A stretch of 63,977 nucleotides of DNA, the filler included, from Dimargaris cristalligena (lineage: Eukaryota): NCBI GenBank assembly GCA_003614675.1. It is 3 parts of 3 records of this genome, joined end to end, with 100 filler letters (N's around TTAATTAATTAA, not from the genome) between each part and the next. Parts side by side here need not be neighbours in the genome. Positions count along the whole stretch, not along the records: positions 1 to 22,163 come from ML002636.1; 2 more parts are not named here. One strand, given 5' to 3'. Position 1 is the stretch's first letter, and every line of letters begins with the position of its first letter. The translations under genes were made by a program, and so were the position numbers. Below, piece by piece: positions 1 to 12,000 of the stretch. The notes under the pieces were generated by a model. That model made no database searches. It was given only the letters and a program-made list of their open reading frames with translations, and was not told the DNA's origin.

Positions 1-479
1 AGCGATTTCCAGGCCTGGGGTATCTTGGGGTTAATGCGAATGACCTCTTGGAACGCGGCAATGGCCGGGGTGAACTGCTGGGTGACATAGTACATGTTGG
101 CAGTACCCAGAAGCTGTTTAAGCTCTATGGATAGTTTCAGCGGCCGGTGGCCTTTTTTAGGACTCTCATGCTTGCGACGAACCTTGCCGAGTCCTGTGGC
201 CTCTTTGACATGGTCTCGGAACACTCGGAAAGCGGCCTCGTGGTCGGTAAGGTTGCCTAGCCCTTCTTCGTCGATGTTCACATCGGCGTCAGACTCGTCG
301 TCGAACCGGAATTGAATCACTTTATTGCTAATGGATTGCAGCGGGGCCGACAGGGGCTCCATTTGGACAATATCATTGAGGAGCTCTTCAAGGTTGCCCT
401 CGGTCTCGGACAGCGAGTCGTAATCCGAAGACCCGGCGTGCTGAGGGACATAGTTGGGCGGTGGGGCATCGATATCCAT
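1..479 (-). CDS. TFC4: RNA polymerase III transcription factor TFIIIC subunit tau131 (Tfc4/GTF3C3), N-terminal part, runs off window
   Basis: Manual minus-strand translation from ATG 479 gives an acidic N-terminus, a basic patch (GLGKVRRKHESPKK), then the first TPR 'LSIELKQLLGTANMYY...AIAAFQEVIRINPKIPQAWKSL' typical of Tfc4. Absent from the ORF track because there is no stop in the window. Confidence 0.8.
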   Translation of the reverse strand, partial: MDIDAPPPNYVPQHAGSSDYDSLSETEGNLEELLNDIVQMEPLSAPLQSISNKVIQFRFDDESDADVNIDEEGLGNLTDHEAAFRVFRDHVKEATGLGKVRRKHESPKKGHRPLKLSIELKQLLGTANMYYVTQQFTPAIAAFQEVIRINPKIPQAWKS

Positions 480-877
480 GGTTCGATAAACAAAATTTTT
501 AAAAAGAAACTGGTAAGAAGGAAAATGAGCCACACTTAGGCTAAAACAGCAGGCCGTACAACTCGTTAAGTAAATGTCAAAGGACAGATAGCCTTTGGAA
601 TGTTCGAATAAGGATAAAACCTCAGCTTGGGGTCGACTAGGTATTGGTGGCAAAATCAACCTTGCACCAGGAACTTTTCCCCTCCACAACCCCCCAACAC
701 GCATGGCCAGCCCATTTAAAGACGAGCTCATGCCTATCCGGGATTCCCCAGATTTATTGACACGGTTTCTGGCCCTTTCCAGTCATATTTTTCCTATGCG
801 CCGAATTTACAACGGACCAGATCTTACTTTGACCTCGGCTATGATTCCCACCGTATTTTAAGCTTGTTACTCACACA

Positions 878-2242
878 ATGTCCAATTTACTGACCCACAG
901 TTATAGCCTTCGAAGGGCATCCATCTGTCTGACCCATAGGCTAGGGCTGGGTATAGGCAATCCTATTTTACTGTACTTTTCCCAGACCGTTCGAACACAC
1001 CAGAGCCAAGGCCCCACCCCGACAACTAGGAAAACCACCCCGCCAGAGAACTTCAAGAGATCGTCGCCCAGCGAGTTTGGTGCCCGTCTGGCCGTGGCCG
1101 CTAAGCGGGGCAACGTAGACGCCGTCACCCGAATCTGGGCTGGTTTCAAAAAGTACTATCCGGAGGAGCGGGTCGCCTCCCTGACCCAGGAGCGAGTAGT
1201 GGATTATTTGGTACGGCTGAAGAAATACGAGGCCGTGGAGGGTATTTTCCAAATGCTCACCGAAGGCCTGCCCATCGGCGAGCTCGCTCCAGCCACCGTC
1301 CATACCAACCGTATCCAGGCGCAGATTGAACTTCGGGATATTGCAGGGGCCGTACGTGCTCTATCGGATATGCACCAGGATAGCCACGTGCCGACGTCGG
1401 ACACCCTAGTCAACCTGCTGGAAATGTACGCCCGGGTACGCCGGATCCTGCCGAGTAAGGAGCATCCGTTTCCTAACCTAGCCCCCGTTGAAATGGGTCG
1501 ACTGGACAAAAGATTCTTGAAGGAAATCAACCAGTCCCTAAGTAAACTTCCGTCGGCCCAGTATTCTAAACGGGTCGTGCGCCGCCTTATGGAAATCCAC
1601 AACCATTTTGAGGACTATACCGCCACTCTAAGCATCTGGGAAGAAGGCTATTGGCAACCGTTTAAAGACCAATATGGCCCGCAGCCGACCCGCCAGTTCA
1701 GAAGTCAACCAGAGAGTCCTGTAAATCCGCCAGCAGCCACTGATGCCGCACCCACGTTTCGTGTGGCCACTTTACCCATTATTTCACATGTCACCGAGGC
1801 CCTGGGCTATGCTGGCTACAGCTCTCCTCCCGCCATGATTAACGCATTAGTTCAAAAATTGCAGGATATCGAAACCTACTGTCGAAAGCTCCGATTAGAA
1901 CCCACCCCCATCAATTACCGCCAATTAGTCACGGCCTACTGTCGGTTAGGTCATTTGCAAGCGGCCGCATCGGTTATGATGAACCTTATGGCTGAACTGT
2001 CGCCGGGACAATTACCCACCCGGCACCTTTTGACGATGGTTCAGCGGTTGGCCACCCTCCAAGGCAATAATAATATTCGCTGGGAGATGGAAAAATGGCT
2101 GGTGCAGCGAGACCCCGATCTGGCCTACCAACTCAAGGAGTCCGGATTTTTTGTCAAGATCCCTCTAGTAAATAGGCAGCTCACTACTGAAAAGCTACCG
2201 CCCAAGTCAGACAAGAGTAAGCCTCGGAAACGATCGATCTGA
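878..2242 (+). CDS. Pentatricopeptide-repeat (PPR)-like protein, probably mitochondrial
   Basis: 454-aa ORF with an Arg/Ser/Leu-rich presequence-like N-terminus. PPR-like helical repeats include 'PTPINYRQLVTAYCRLGHLQAAASVMMNL' and 'AVRALSDMHQDSHVPTSDTLVNLLEMYAR'. Confidence 0.65.
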   Translation: MSNLLTHSYSLRRASICLTHRLGLGIGNPILLYFSQTVRTHQSQGPTPTTRKTTPPENFKRSSPSEFGARLAVAAKRGNVDAVTRIWAGFKKYYPEERVASLTQERVVDYLVRLKKYEAVEGIFQMLTEGLPIGELAPATVHTNRIQAQIELRDIAGAVRALSDMHQDSHVPTSDTLVNLLEMYARVRRILPSKEHPFPNLAPVEMGRLDKRFLKEINQSLSKLPSAQYSKRVVRRLMEIHNHFEDYTATLSIWEEGYWQPFKDQYGPQPTRQFRSQPESPVNPPAATDAAPTFRVATLPIISHVTEALGYAGYSSPPAMINALVQKLQDIETYCRKLRLEPTPINYRQLVTAYCRLGHLQAAASVMMNLMAELSPGQLPTRHLLTMVQRLATLQGNNNIRWEMEKWLVQRDPDLAYQLKESGFFVKIPLVNRQLTTEKLPPKSDKSKPRKRSI

Positions 2243-4338
2243 TTTATTGAATAGGCTAATTGACCATGTTCGTTTCACGGAGGCCATTCGAGTAACTGTA
2301 ATTTATTATGAAACAGCATGAACACAACCATTAACGTGTATTTAGACTATCCATTTGCTTTAATTACATTGTAAGGGTGGTTTACGCCGGTACATAATAA
2401 AACCGAGTTGCCCTATAACCGAATGTACCGACCCAAGTTGGTGTTAAATTGCACGGGGAACGTACTTGATACCATTTACCCCAATCACAAGTCGATGAAT
2501 CTATAACCGTCGAAGTGGCGATTAAAAGGCCGAAAGATATAATGACCTTATGGAGGGTTGCAGACCACCACTGAAATGGGGTAATTTAGCCGAAACTCCT
2601 ACCGTGATCCATTCGCGGGGATCTAGCTAGACTGGTGGAAAATCCTAACCAATACATTGGACTCCGTTGGCTAACATTGCCTGTAATAGGAGAAGGCCAT
2701 CTCCCTGAATTATATAAGACCTCTATAGGCTGGGGGACCAATTTACATTGATTATACCTAATATCCGCTATTTATTCCACAATTTGACGCGATGGGGCCA
2801 AACTGAACCATCCATTTGGGTAGTACAGATACCAGCCCGTCCTTCTCAGTACTCCTAATTATTACCCCCCACCCTGTACTTGTGTAATCCTACACGCTGA
2901 CTCGCTGAGGCTACGCAGCGGGCTTTTTGCGCAATTTCCGTTCACTCCCTTTCCTCTTCTCAAAAATATTGCGTGGTCAAACCGCTATTTGAACCTAAAG
3001 GTCTAAATTACCTATGGTTAAACTCGCCGCAGGACTGGACACCCTATAATATCATAAATAAGGTTCAAGCTCGGCTTACTCCCTGCAGTTAACGCGGGTA
3101 TTTAAACTATCTAAATGATATTTATTTATATAGATACACACTTTCAGATGAAGTAGAATTTTATTTAAAGTGAATCTAAGGCAGGCGACCTTTTGGTCAT
3201 AATTTGCCATCCACAGGGAACATATTGAAGGATAAATGGCTCTAAAACCCTCAAAAGCAACAAATAAAGAGGGAAAGGACATGGATACACACTTTCAAGA
3301 GTCCGGTTTATAGCTGCGCAAAATCCCCCAGAAATAGGGATAAGTAAAGACCAATGGTGGGGTTAATAATACAATTACACCTTTTAGTCAATAGGACATT
3401 ATTCACATAGCAATTTTCACCGACTAGCAACAGGGAAGGGGGAGGGGATATAATCAATTACGGCCGCTTGGTGCGGGCTTTAGCTTGACACCTCTGTTTC
3501 CGGCGAAAAATATACCCGGATTACAATACGAGAATTGGTTTCAATATTTCAGATGTCTATTTTTGGTGTGGGTAGTACAGGTCATCTTCAGATCTGAGAC
3601 TCGAGTGCTTCAGATTGTGGATCGGGAATGACATGGTTCTGCGCCCAACCGACCAGAGTTATCCCAATAGCTGACTGTATTAGCAGCACGAATTCAACGG
3701 GTTTCCTAATTAGGCATGGAGTTGTGGATTGGGGGGTTTCCCTAAATGGGCGTTGTACTCCTGACCCATATTACAGACTGTTCCGTTTTCGCCTTGGTTC
3801 TACAATAGCGGCAAACCATCTGTGGCAGTTGACGAAGAGAGATGATCCTCAAAACATCCACCTACCCATTCGCCCTCCCTCTAAATACCACTTCCATTGA
3901 CATTAATATAGGGCATACAATGACTGGACGCCCCTATTCGGGGTGCGACAATGACAAAGATCAACTAATTCGGTCCAATTTAATACATACTGTGCGACTG
4001 GTGGACGTAGTACTTCTTTGAGGAATGCTGTGGCCTCGATTCGAAGGGCAGCTGTATCGCGTTAATATGATATTTGAAACACTGCTAGTACCTTGCATAA
4101 ATATCACCAAAGCGCCAAGTAACCGCCTCTTATAAATATAGGGATACATTGCTCCCTACAATTGAGTGGCATCACAGCTATCTATCAATCTACACCCAGT
4201 AGCATTAGTATTACCTTGTTTCCAGCAACCCGTTCCAGCGCCTATTGTCGACTATCGATTGGTATTTAGGTACATTTCGTTTCCGGCCGTCCCCCTACGT
4301 TGAATTTCTCCCCCAAGACTCCCCAAGGCAACATAACC

Positions 4339-4834
4339 ATGAAGGTTACACGAGTTTTCATTACCCTAGTCTTCGCCCACCTGGCATCTGCCAGCGTTGT
4401 CCCCGAGCTCTACTCGTCTAGCGTCGGATCTACTAACGAAATTATCCAAAACCTCGGGCCTAAGACTTTAGGACAGTGTTAAAGTCAATTACAATCCCGC
4501 CGTCCCGGCCAACTGGGCTGGCATTGAACCCGTCGGCGACCATGCTTTGCCCCCGTCGTCCACTCCGTATATTAATTCTGCCGAGCGTCTGGAAGAGGAA
4601 GCTAAATCAGATCTTGAAAAGAGGAAGTCCTCTAAACCAAGAATTAAGACGCCTAAAGCAGTGGGCGGCGGCATGAGTAACAGTAATGGCTGCTATCCCT
4701 ACTGTGTAGGAGCCGGTGTATATTCCGACCCGACTCCTTCCAGTGGCACATCTGGAGTAGATAACACATTTACTAACCTTCGTCTAGCCAAGGACAGCGT
4801 CGCAAAATGGCTCGCCTACAATCGCCCTCAGTAA
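4339..4834 (+). pseudogene. Small secreted protein precursor interrupted by a +1 frameshift near 4471 (pseudogene or sequence error)
   Basis: TATAAATA at ~4131. ATG 4339 starts a signal peptide (MKVTRVFITLVFAHLASA). Removing one G at 4471 fuses it in frame to DSVKVNYNPAVPANW...DLEKRKSSKPR...GCYPYCVG...YNRPQ*. Confidence 0.55.
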
Positions 4835-5348
4835 CTTTGAGCTTCAGGGACCAGGTGTAGCTTGGAACTGACGATAGATGACTTTACTGACAGAGAACAT
4901 CGCACTTCCTCAATTATTATATTCGTTTCAGGTACCTTTTATCTTGAATAAATTATACTTGACAATGCAGTTAAAAATAGTGTTACCATTAAAAGATTGG
5001 GCCGTTTTAGAAAAGGGTATATTAGGCATTGAGCCCATCGTGGACTTTCGAAAAATCGGAACAACTCAGATATGTTTTGATAAGACCCATTTTGCACAGC
5101 ATCAAAGCCGCTGTGTCATAACATATCATATTTCCCAGGCACCTTAGACCTGGGCCATTGTGTACATCAAATCTCGGTGATTTTCTATATCAGGCAATGT
5201 TCAAATACACTGAGTAGCCAGCATACTCTGGGGGCATATCCACACCATCTGTTCGCCAAAATAAACGACTATCTCTCCTGGGTATATAAGCCCGCCTATT
5301 AGTATAGTATATAAAATTTAATGGTTTAATAGAAATCACACCGATAAA

Positions 5349-7839
5349 TTATAGAGCGTTGAGTCCTCTAGGTTCTGGAGACCGCTTGGTTCGTTTCACA
5401 TAGCGAAGAAGAGATATAATACTAACGGGTGTTACACCTTCGATGCGTTTGGCAGCCCCCTGTTTAGCCACCAGGTGATTAGAGTATATAGAAAAGGGAC
5501 ATCGATAGAGTAACCGAGTTACATAGACGGGCATTAGTAAATTGCATCGCATTATATATTTGGGGGAATTTCATTTAACAGGTCAGCCAAATATTGTAAC
5601 TAAATAGAGAAATATAGGGCAGGCAGAGCATATCTAACGAAGTGGCATTGTGAAAAATAGTTATATTATCAAAATCCAACGAACTTACCAGGGTGGTGGG
5701 TCGAATACGTTTAAGTTTGTCTTTTTCTTCATTCGACAAATTCTTGAGGACATCATAGTCTAAATCCTCGGGAATTAGAACGCCTTCATCCTGGCGAAAG
5801 GTCTTGATATCCTGGTCCTGACGACGTAAATAGGCCCGGTAAGTGCCTTCAATTTGCAGGCGCTCCTGAATAGCCGGTAGAATATCGCTTAATTCGGGGA
5901 TGGGCCCATTTAGTAACTGTCGCATCGTTTCGGCGGCAGGGGCTTCGGCTATAGCTGCCCCGCCCGCAATATATTCAGCTACGCCAGTTACTTGACGATT
6001 ATGACGGAAGATTTCGAGGGCACTGCGGACTTTACCGTCCAGTTTGATAGTAAAGCCCAACTCATTCCAGCGGTTGGGAGACAGGCGAAATGAGTCTAGG
6101 AGATGTAGGCCACGTTCCAGCTGGCTTTGAACGGATTGAAGACGGGCGTAACGGTGCTCACTGACTAAACCGGCCTGGTAACCCAGCTGGGTTAGGCGGA
6201 GGTCGGCATTATCGGCTCTAACGGTAAGACGATACTCGGACCGGGCCGTAAAGATACGGTAGGGTTCGTTGACACCTTTAGTGATAAGGTCATCGATCAG
6301 GACACCAATGTAGGCATCGGCCCGATCCAACGTAAACGCCGGTCGGCCCAGCACGGCAAGGGCCGCATTGGCCCCGGCTATAACGCCCTGGGAGGCAGCT
6401 TCTTCGTAACCCGTCGTTCCGTTGATTTGCCCGGCCAGGTAAAGACCCCGGATCCGCTTAGTTTCGAGTGTTCGGCGTAGCTCCCGGGGGTCTACATGGT
6501 CGTATTCAACCCCATAGCCGGGCCGCAGCATGGTCACATTGGCTAAACCGGGAATCGTACGTAGCATGGGCTCTTGCACATCCTCAGGCATGGTCATGGA
6601 TATACCATTAGGGTACACGACATGAGTATCCAGGCCCTCGGGCTCTAGCCAAACGGTGTGGCCGACCCGGTCGGTGAATCGTAACACTTTAGATTCGATA
6701 GAGGGACAGTAGCGGGGACCCCGAACCGTTTCGCGAATATGTACGTTGCGGTGGAGATTGTCCCGGATGAACTGGTGTGATTGCTCGTTCGTTTTGGTTT
6801 GGTGGCAGAGAACCTGGCCCTGCGGAATGGCAACCTGCTCGTTCAAATACGAAAAGGGGGTGGCTGGGTTTTCACCTTCTTGGGGTACTAGATGGGTGTA
6901 GTCGATTGTGCGGCCATCCAGTCGAGGGGGAGTTCCCGTCTTCATACGGGCAAGCTGAAAACCAGCGGCGGCCAAGGAGTCGGACAGGGCGGTGGCGGCC
7001 TTTTCACCGATCCGCCCGGCAGGGTAAACGGTTAAGCCAATATGGATTTCCCCTTTGAGAAAGGTGCCCGTGGTAATAATCACTTTGGGCGCAAACACCG
7101 CTTGCTTGTTGTCTAGCACAATACCGCTAATGGATCCGTAGGGAACGCGGGGAATATCAAGCGATTCCGGAGCATCCGCGGCGACTGTGGCAGCCGGCGA
7201 ATTGTCAGGACTAGCTGAGGGGGTCAGTGTCCGATCCATGATAATATCATCCACGCCGGCCTGCATAATAGTTAAATTGGGGTACTGCTCCAGTTCGCGT
7301 TGCATATGGAGCTTATAGAGCTTTCGGTCAATCTGGGCTCTGGGGCCGTGGACCGCGGGCCCTTTGGAGCGATTTAGGGTTCGGAAATGGATACCAGATT
7401 CATCGCATATACGACCACATAGCCCGTCGAGGGCATCGATTTCCCGGACCAGTACCCCTTTGCCCACCCCACCAAATGAGGGATTGCAGGACATTTCACC
7501 GATGGTATCCCGGCGATGGGTGACGAGTAATGTGCGGGCTCCCGCCCGGGCAGCAGCAGCACAGGCTTCGCAGCCGGCATGCCCACCGCCAATGACAATG
7601 ACGTCGAAATCGGCGGGACGTGGTGGAGTCAAGAGCGGCTCTAATGGGTCGGTGGTAGCCGTTGGTGGCGACGAGGAATCGGTGGACGAAGGAGTGGAAT
7701 GGTGTAGTAGCGTCGTCGGATCGGTCGAGGTAATGGTAGCCAAATAACGCCGAGCTTCAGACACCCTGCCTGGGCTGAGCCGCTGCAGCAGACTATATCG
7801 GGTTCGGCGAATGGCCGTGAGGCACGTATAGCGTAGCAT
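5349..7839 (-). CDS. MTO1: Mitochondrial tRNA U34 modification flavoprotein (MnmG/GidA family), 2 exons, intron 5460-5688
   Basis: Motifs [29 protein letters not shown] and [14 protein letters not shown]. Donor GTAAGT at 5688 and acceptor CAG at 5460 join PTTL to [11 protein letters not shown] (GidA C-terminus). Confidence 0.97.
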
Positions 7840-9059
7840 TGTGAAAACTAAGGGGGAGGTTAAAAGAGAACAACCGTAGACAAATGAATTAGTCGGAATG
7901 AAAGCCTGGGAGTCGATTGACCTGAATGAGCTCTGAATCCTACAACCAGGCTGAGTCCAAGTGGTCTTTGGGTACTCCTAAAAATCATCAAAAAAAAGCT
8001 GAGTACTGCAATTGGATTTTAATTGGTAGGTGGGGGGAACTTCATTATACATTTCCTGACTGGGGCAGAGGCATGTTATCCTGGGCCAGGTTTGGCTAAA
8101 AAAATGAATTATATTATCCACCCCCTTAGTTATATAATGCTGAACCATTATAGTGCATATCCGCAATCTCCACTAGAATCTCATAGGGACTGGAAGTCCA
8201 TCAATATCGACAGGTTGTAATAACCATTTACCACTAAAACTCCAACGGAACGGGAAATAGGTAGCCCATATACCAGTTCTCGGCGTCTAGGATGACTAGG
8301 GCACCTAATAATAACCCCATCTGTTCCCTCAAACATTAATGTACGATGCATGTTGCCACCATTTGTGCTATTTTAAAAGAAGTAAAATCCACCAATGTAG
8401 CTATATGTTTTTTTACCAGTGCGGTAGGCTCATTATTAAGACACTGGCCCACGCTGACATCCCCCAGTGCTAAACTAATCAGGCCATACCTTTAATAAAA
8501 TGTACTGAATTCACATTGTCATTAAATATCCAAGGCAGTCGCCTGTATGTAGCCTGGATATTATCCACCATTTTAAACACAATGCCTCACCGACCACGCC
8601 AATAGGTTCCGGCCAGTCATGTATAATACTACCATAATGTCCTTTGACAAATATAGACAACTCTTGTACGGGAAAGTGTTGTAAAAGCAACGAGCCTTAT
8701 AGAATATATAGTGTTTACCCGAGATTTGGAGACCTTCGAATTTCCAATCCCAGGGATATGTCAATACCAATGAACCTGCAGTTGCTATGCTGGCTATATT
8801 AAATCACAGCTCTCTATGAGGTTCGGCCTTGACTGCCGTCACTGACACCTGTTATTTAGCTGTCTCACTTCAGTAGTCCAACTGAACTCCGCCACCCAAG
8901 GTCATTAAATAGTCCCAGCTAATTAGTCCCCATTACCACCGATTCCCATTAACCTTTCATTAGATTGTGCTTCTTACTACTATCCCACTTTTCAAACATC
9001 ATTTCCTCACTAACCCTCATTCCGACTACTCCATTGCATTCCTATTTTTAATACCACCA

Positions 9060-12000
9060 ATGGTGAGCAACCGGGGTAGTTCAGCCACCCCTTCGACCTG
9101 CTCTGAATCTGCTCCTACCAAGAAAGGCCCAGCGGAAGATGGCGAACGAGTAACTACACCGGCCCTGGGTGAGTCGGCCCCCAGTAGCGAGCTGGAAGAC
9201 GGCAACGACGAGGAGGCGGGGGATGAAGAAGAACAAGAGGAAGAAGAAGAGGACGAGGACGAGGAGGAGGACGAACCTCAACTAAAATACAAGCGCATTC
9301 TCAATTCCACTCAGCCCAACGACCTCCTCCATCGCGATACCGCAAGCTGTATCGCCGTTGGTGATAAATTCGTAGCCGTAGGCACACACGGGGGAGTCAT
9401 CAGTCTCCACGACCTCGACGGCAATCAGGTACGATCCTGGGCCGCCCATTCGGCCACTGTCAATGCACTTAGTCTCGACCATGCGGGAGAGTACATTGGC
9501 AGTGCGGGCGACGACGGCTACGTGTCAGTGCATTCTCTATTTAACTCCGAGCGCACCAGTTACCGGTTTCTAAGGCCCATGAAATGCGTGGCCCTGCACC
9601 CGAATTATGCCCACGAACCCGCCCGGCCATTTGTGACCGGTGGGATGGCGGGTGATTTAGTGTTGAGTGAACGGGGGTGGTTGGGTCAGAAACGGGATAC
9701 GCTACTGCATTCGGGGGAGGGACCTATCTTTACGGTACAGTGGCAGGGAACCTTTATTACGTGGGCGAGTGATTCGGGGGTTAGGATTTATGATACGCGG
9801 ACCCAGCGGCGTATCACTCATATTGCCCGTCCAGCCGATAGTCCCCGGGCGGACTTGTACCCGTGCCACTTATGCTGGCAGGACCACCGCACTCTGCTGA
9901 TCGGCTGGGCCGACCAAGTCACCGTCGTCGTGGTCAAGGAACGAGCCCCGACAGCCGCTGCGCCCCCTAACCCATCACCAGGAACGCCTCAGCTGTACGC
10001 CGTGATAGGCGCCGTGTTCAGCGTCGATTCGGCCATCTGCGGTATCGCCCCCTTTCGCCAACAAATTATGATCCTATCCTACGACGTAGATACCCTACGG
10101 CCCGACGAGGATTTCCGGTCCGAAACCCAGCAGCGTCGGTCCCGGGCTGACCCGCCTTCCCTCCGCTTAATCAGCTCGGCGGCCGAGGAACTATCCTGCG
10201 ATTTACTCCCGGTGCGCGGTTTTGAGCTCTACCAGGCGCACGATTACCGGCTGGGCATTGGTCCCTCGAGTGACGTGACGGAGACGGCTAGTAACGATCC
10301 GGACCAAGTCCGGGACGACCGTTGGTTCTATATCCTTAGTCCTAAGGATGTTCTGTGTGCCAAACCCCGGGACTGGCGAGACCGAGTCGACTGGCTGACT
10401 GAAAGGGAACGGTACGATACTGCCTTGGAAGTTATTCAGGAGGAAGAGCAACGACCCACTGGGTCACCCCCGGACGATGAGACGGTGGCCTCAGTGGGGC
10501 AACTCCTTATGGAACAGTATATCGACCGGGGTCAGTTTAGCCAGGCGGCCGAGCTCGCCCCCCAAGTCTTGCGCACCAATACCGAACTCTGGGAAAAATG
10601 GGTATTTGAATTTGCCCAAATGAACCGCCTCCACGATATTGCACCGTTTATCCCCACCGCCACGCCACGGCTCTCGAGTACTATTTACGAAATGGTACTG
10701 GCGTTTTGGTTGACCCAGGATACGAAGCACCTAGCCGGAACGATTCGGCAATGGCCTTCCGAACTTTATAATGTTCCTTCGGTCATTGTGGCCGTGGAAT
10801 CTAAACTCCAGCGGCAATTAGACCGCGACGGTCCGGCCGAACCGACCTCCACTCCCACCCGGGGACTGCCCGTCCTCAAAGACCTGTCGGAGGAAGCCCG
10901 ACTTTTAATGGATGTACTGGAAACCCTATACGAGTACGAGAATCGACCCGACAAGATTGTTGAGTACGCCCTGCGTCTCTACAAACCCGACATCATCAGC
11001 CGCATTAGCTCCCGCCAATGGATCACCGAACTGCGGTCGAAAGCCGCCTTGTTGCTAGCCTACGATTACCATGACTACCGGGTCACCCACCCGGCCCCGG
11101 ATGCGAACGACAGTGAAGCCCTCGCGGCGCTTAGTCGCGCCTCGGGGATTCAACTGCTGGTGCAGCATTTTGATACCATCCCACCCCACGCGGTAGTCCG
11201 CCAGCTACAGCAACAAGGCCAACTCTACTATCTCCATATCTACTTACATGCGCTTTATTTGGCTGATACACAGGGCCGCCCCCACACGGTCGACCCAACT
11301 TCGGCGGCTGCGGCCGCGGTCTACGGGGCGCCGGGGATGGTTAGCGCCGAACACCACACCAATCAACTGAGCGCACCTTTTCACGACAAACAGGTGGAAT
11401 TATACGCCGAATACGACTACCCTTTCTTACTTCGCTTCCTTCGCTATAGCCACGGTTACCGCCTCGAGCACGCCCTGCAGGTCTGTGAATCCCGCGATTT
11501 GGTTCCCGAAATGGTATACCTGCTGGGCCGGATGGGCGATTCCCACGAGGCCCTTCAACTTATCCTGCATCGCCTCCGCAACGTACCCCAGGCGATTGAA
11601 TTTGCCCGCGAACAAAACGACCCGGCCCTCTGGGAGGAACTGCTGACCTACGCTCGGGACCAACCCGAATTCGTTACGGGTCTCCTGGAACAGGCCGGAA
11701 GCCACCATGTCGATCCGGTCCGAGTGTTACAGGCCATGATACCCGGATTGGAAGTACCCGGGCTAAAGGGTACGCTGATTCGCATTCTGCAGGACTTACA
11801 GCTCCAGGTGTCGCTACGCCGAGGGTGTGAAAAGATTTTAAGTGCCGACTGTATCCGGTTTAGCGACCACCTTCGTCGGGCCCAGCGACTGGGTATCGCC
11901 ATTGATGAACTGGCAATGTGCCTGGCTTGCCAAGAACCCGCTTTTCCGACCAACGGCAACCACTCATCGTCATCAATGCCCACCACTCCGTCACCCGCCT

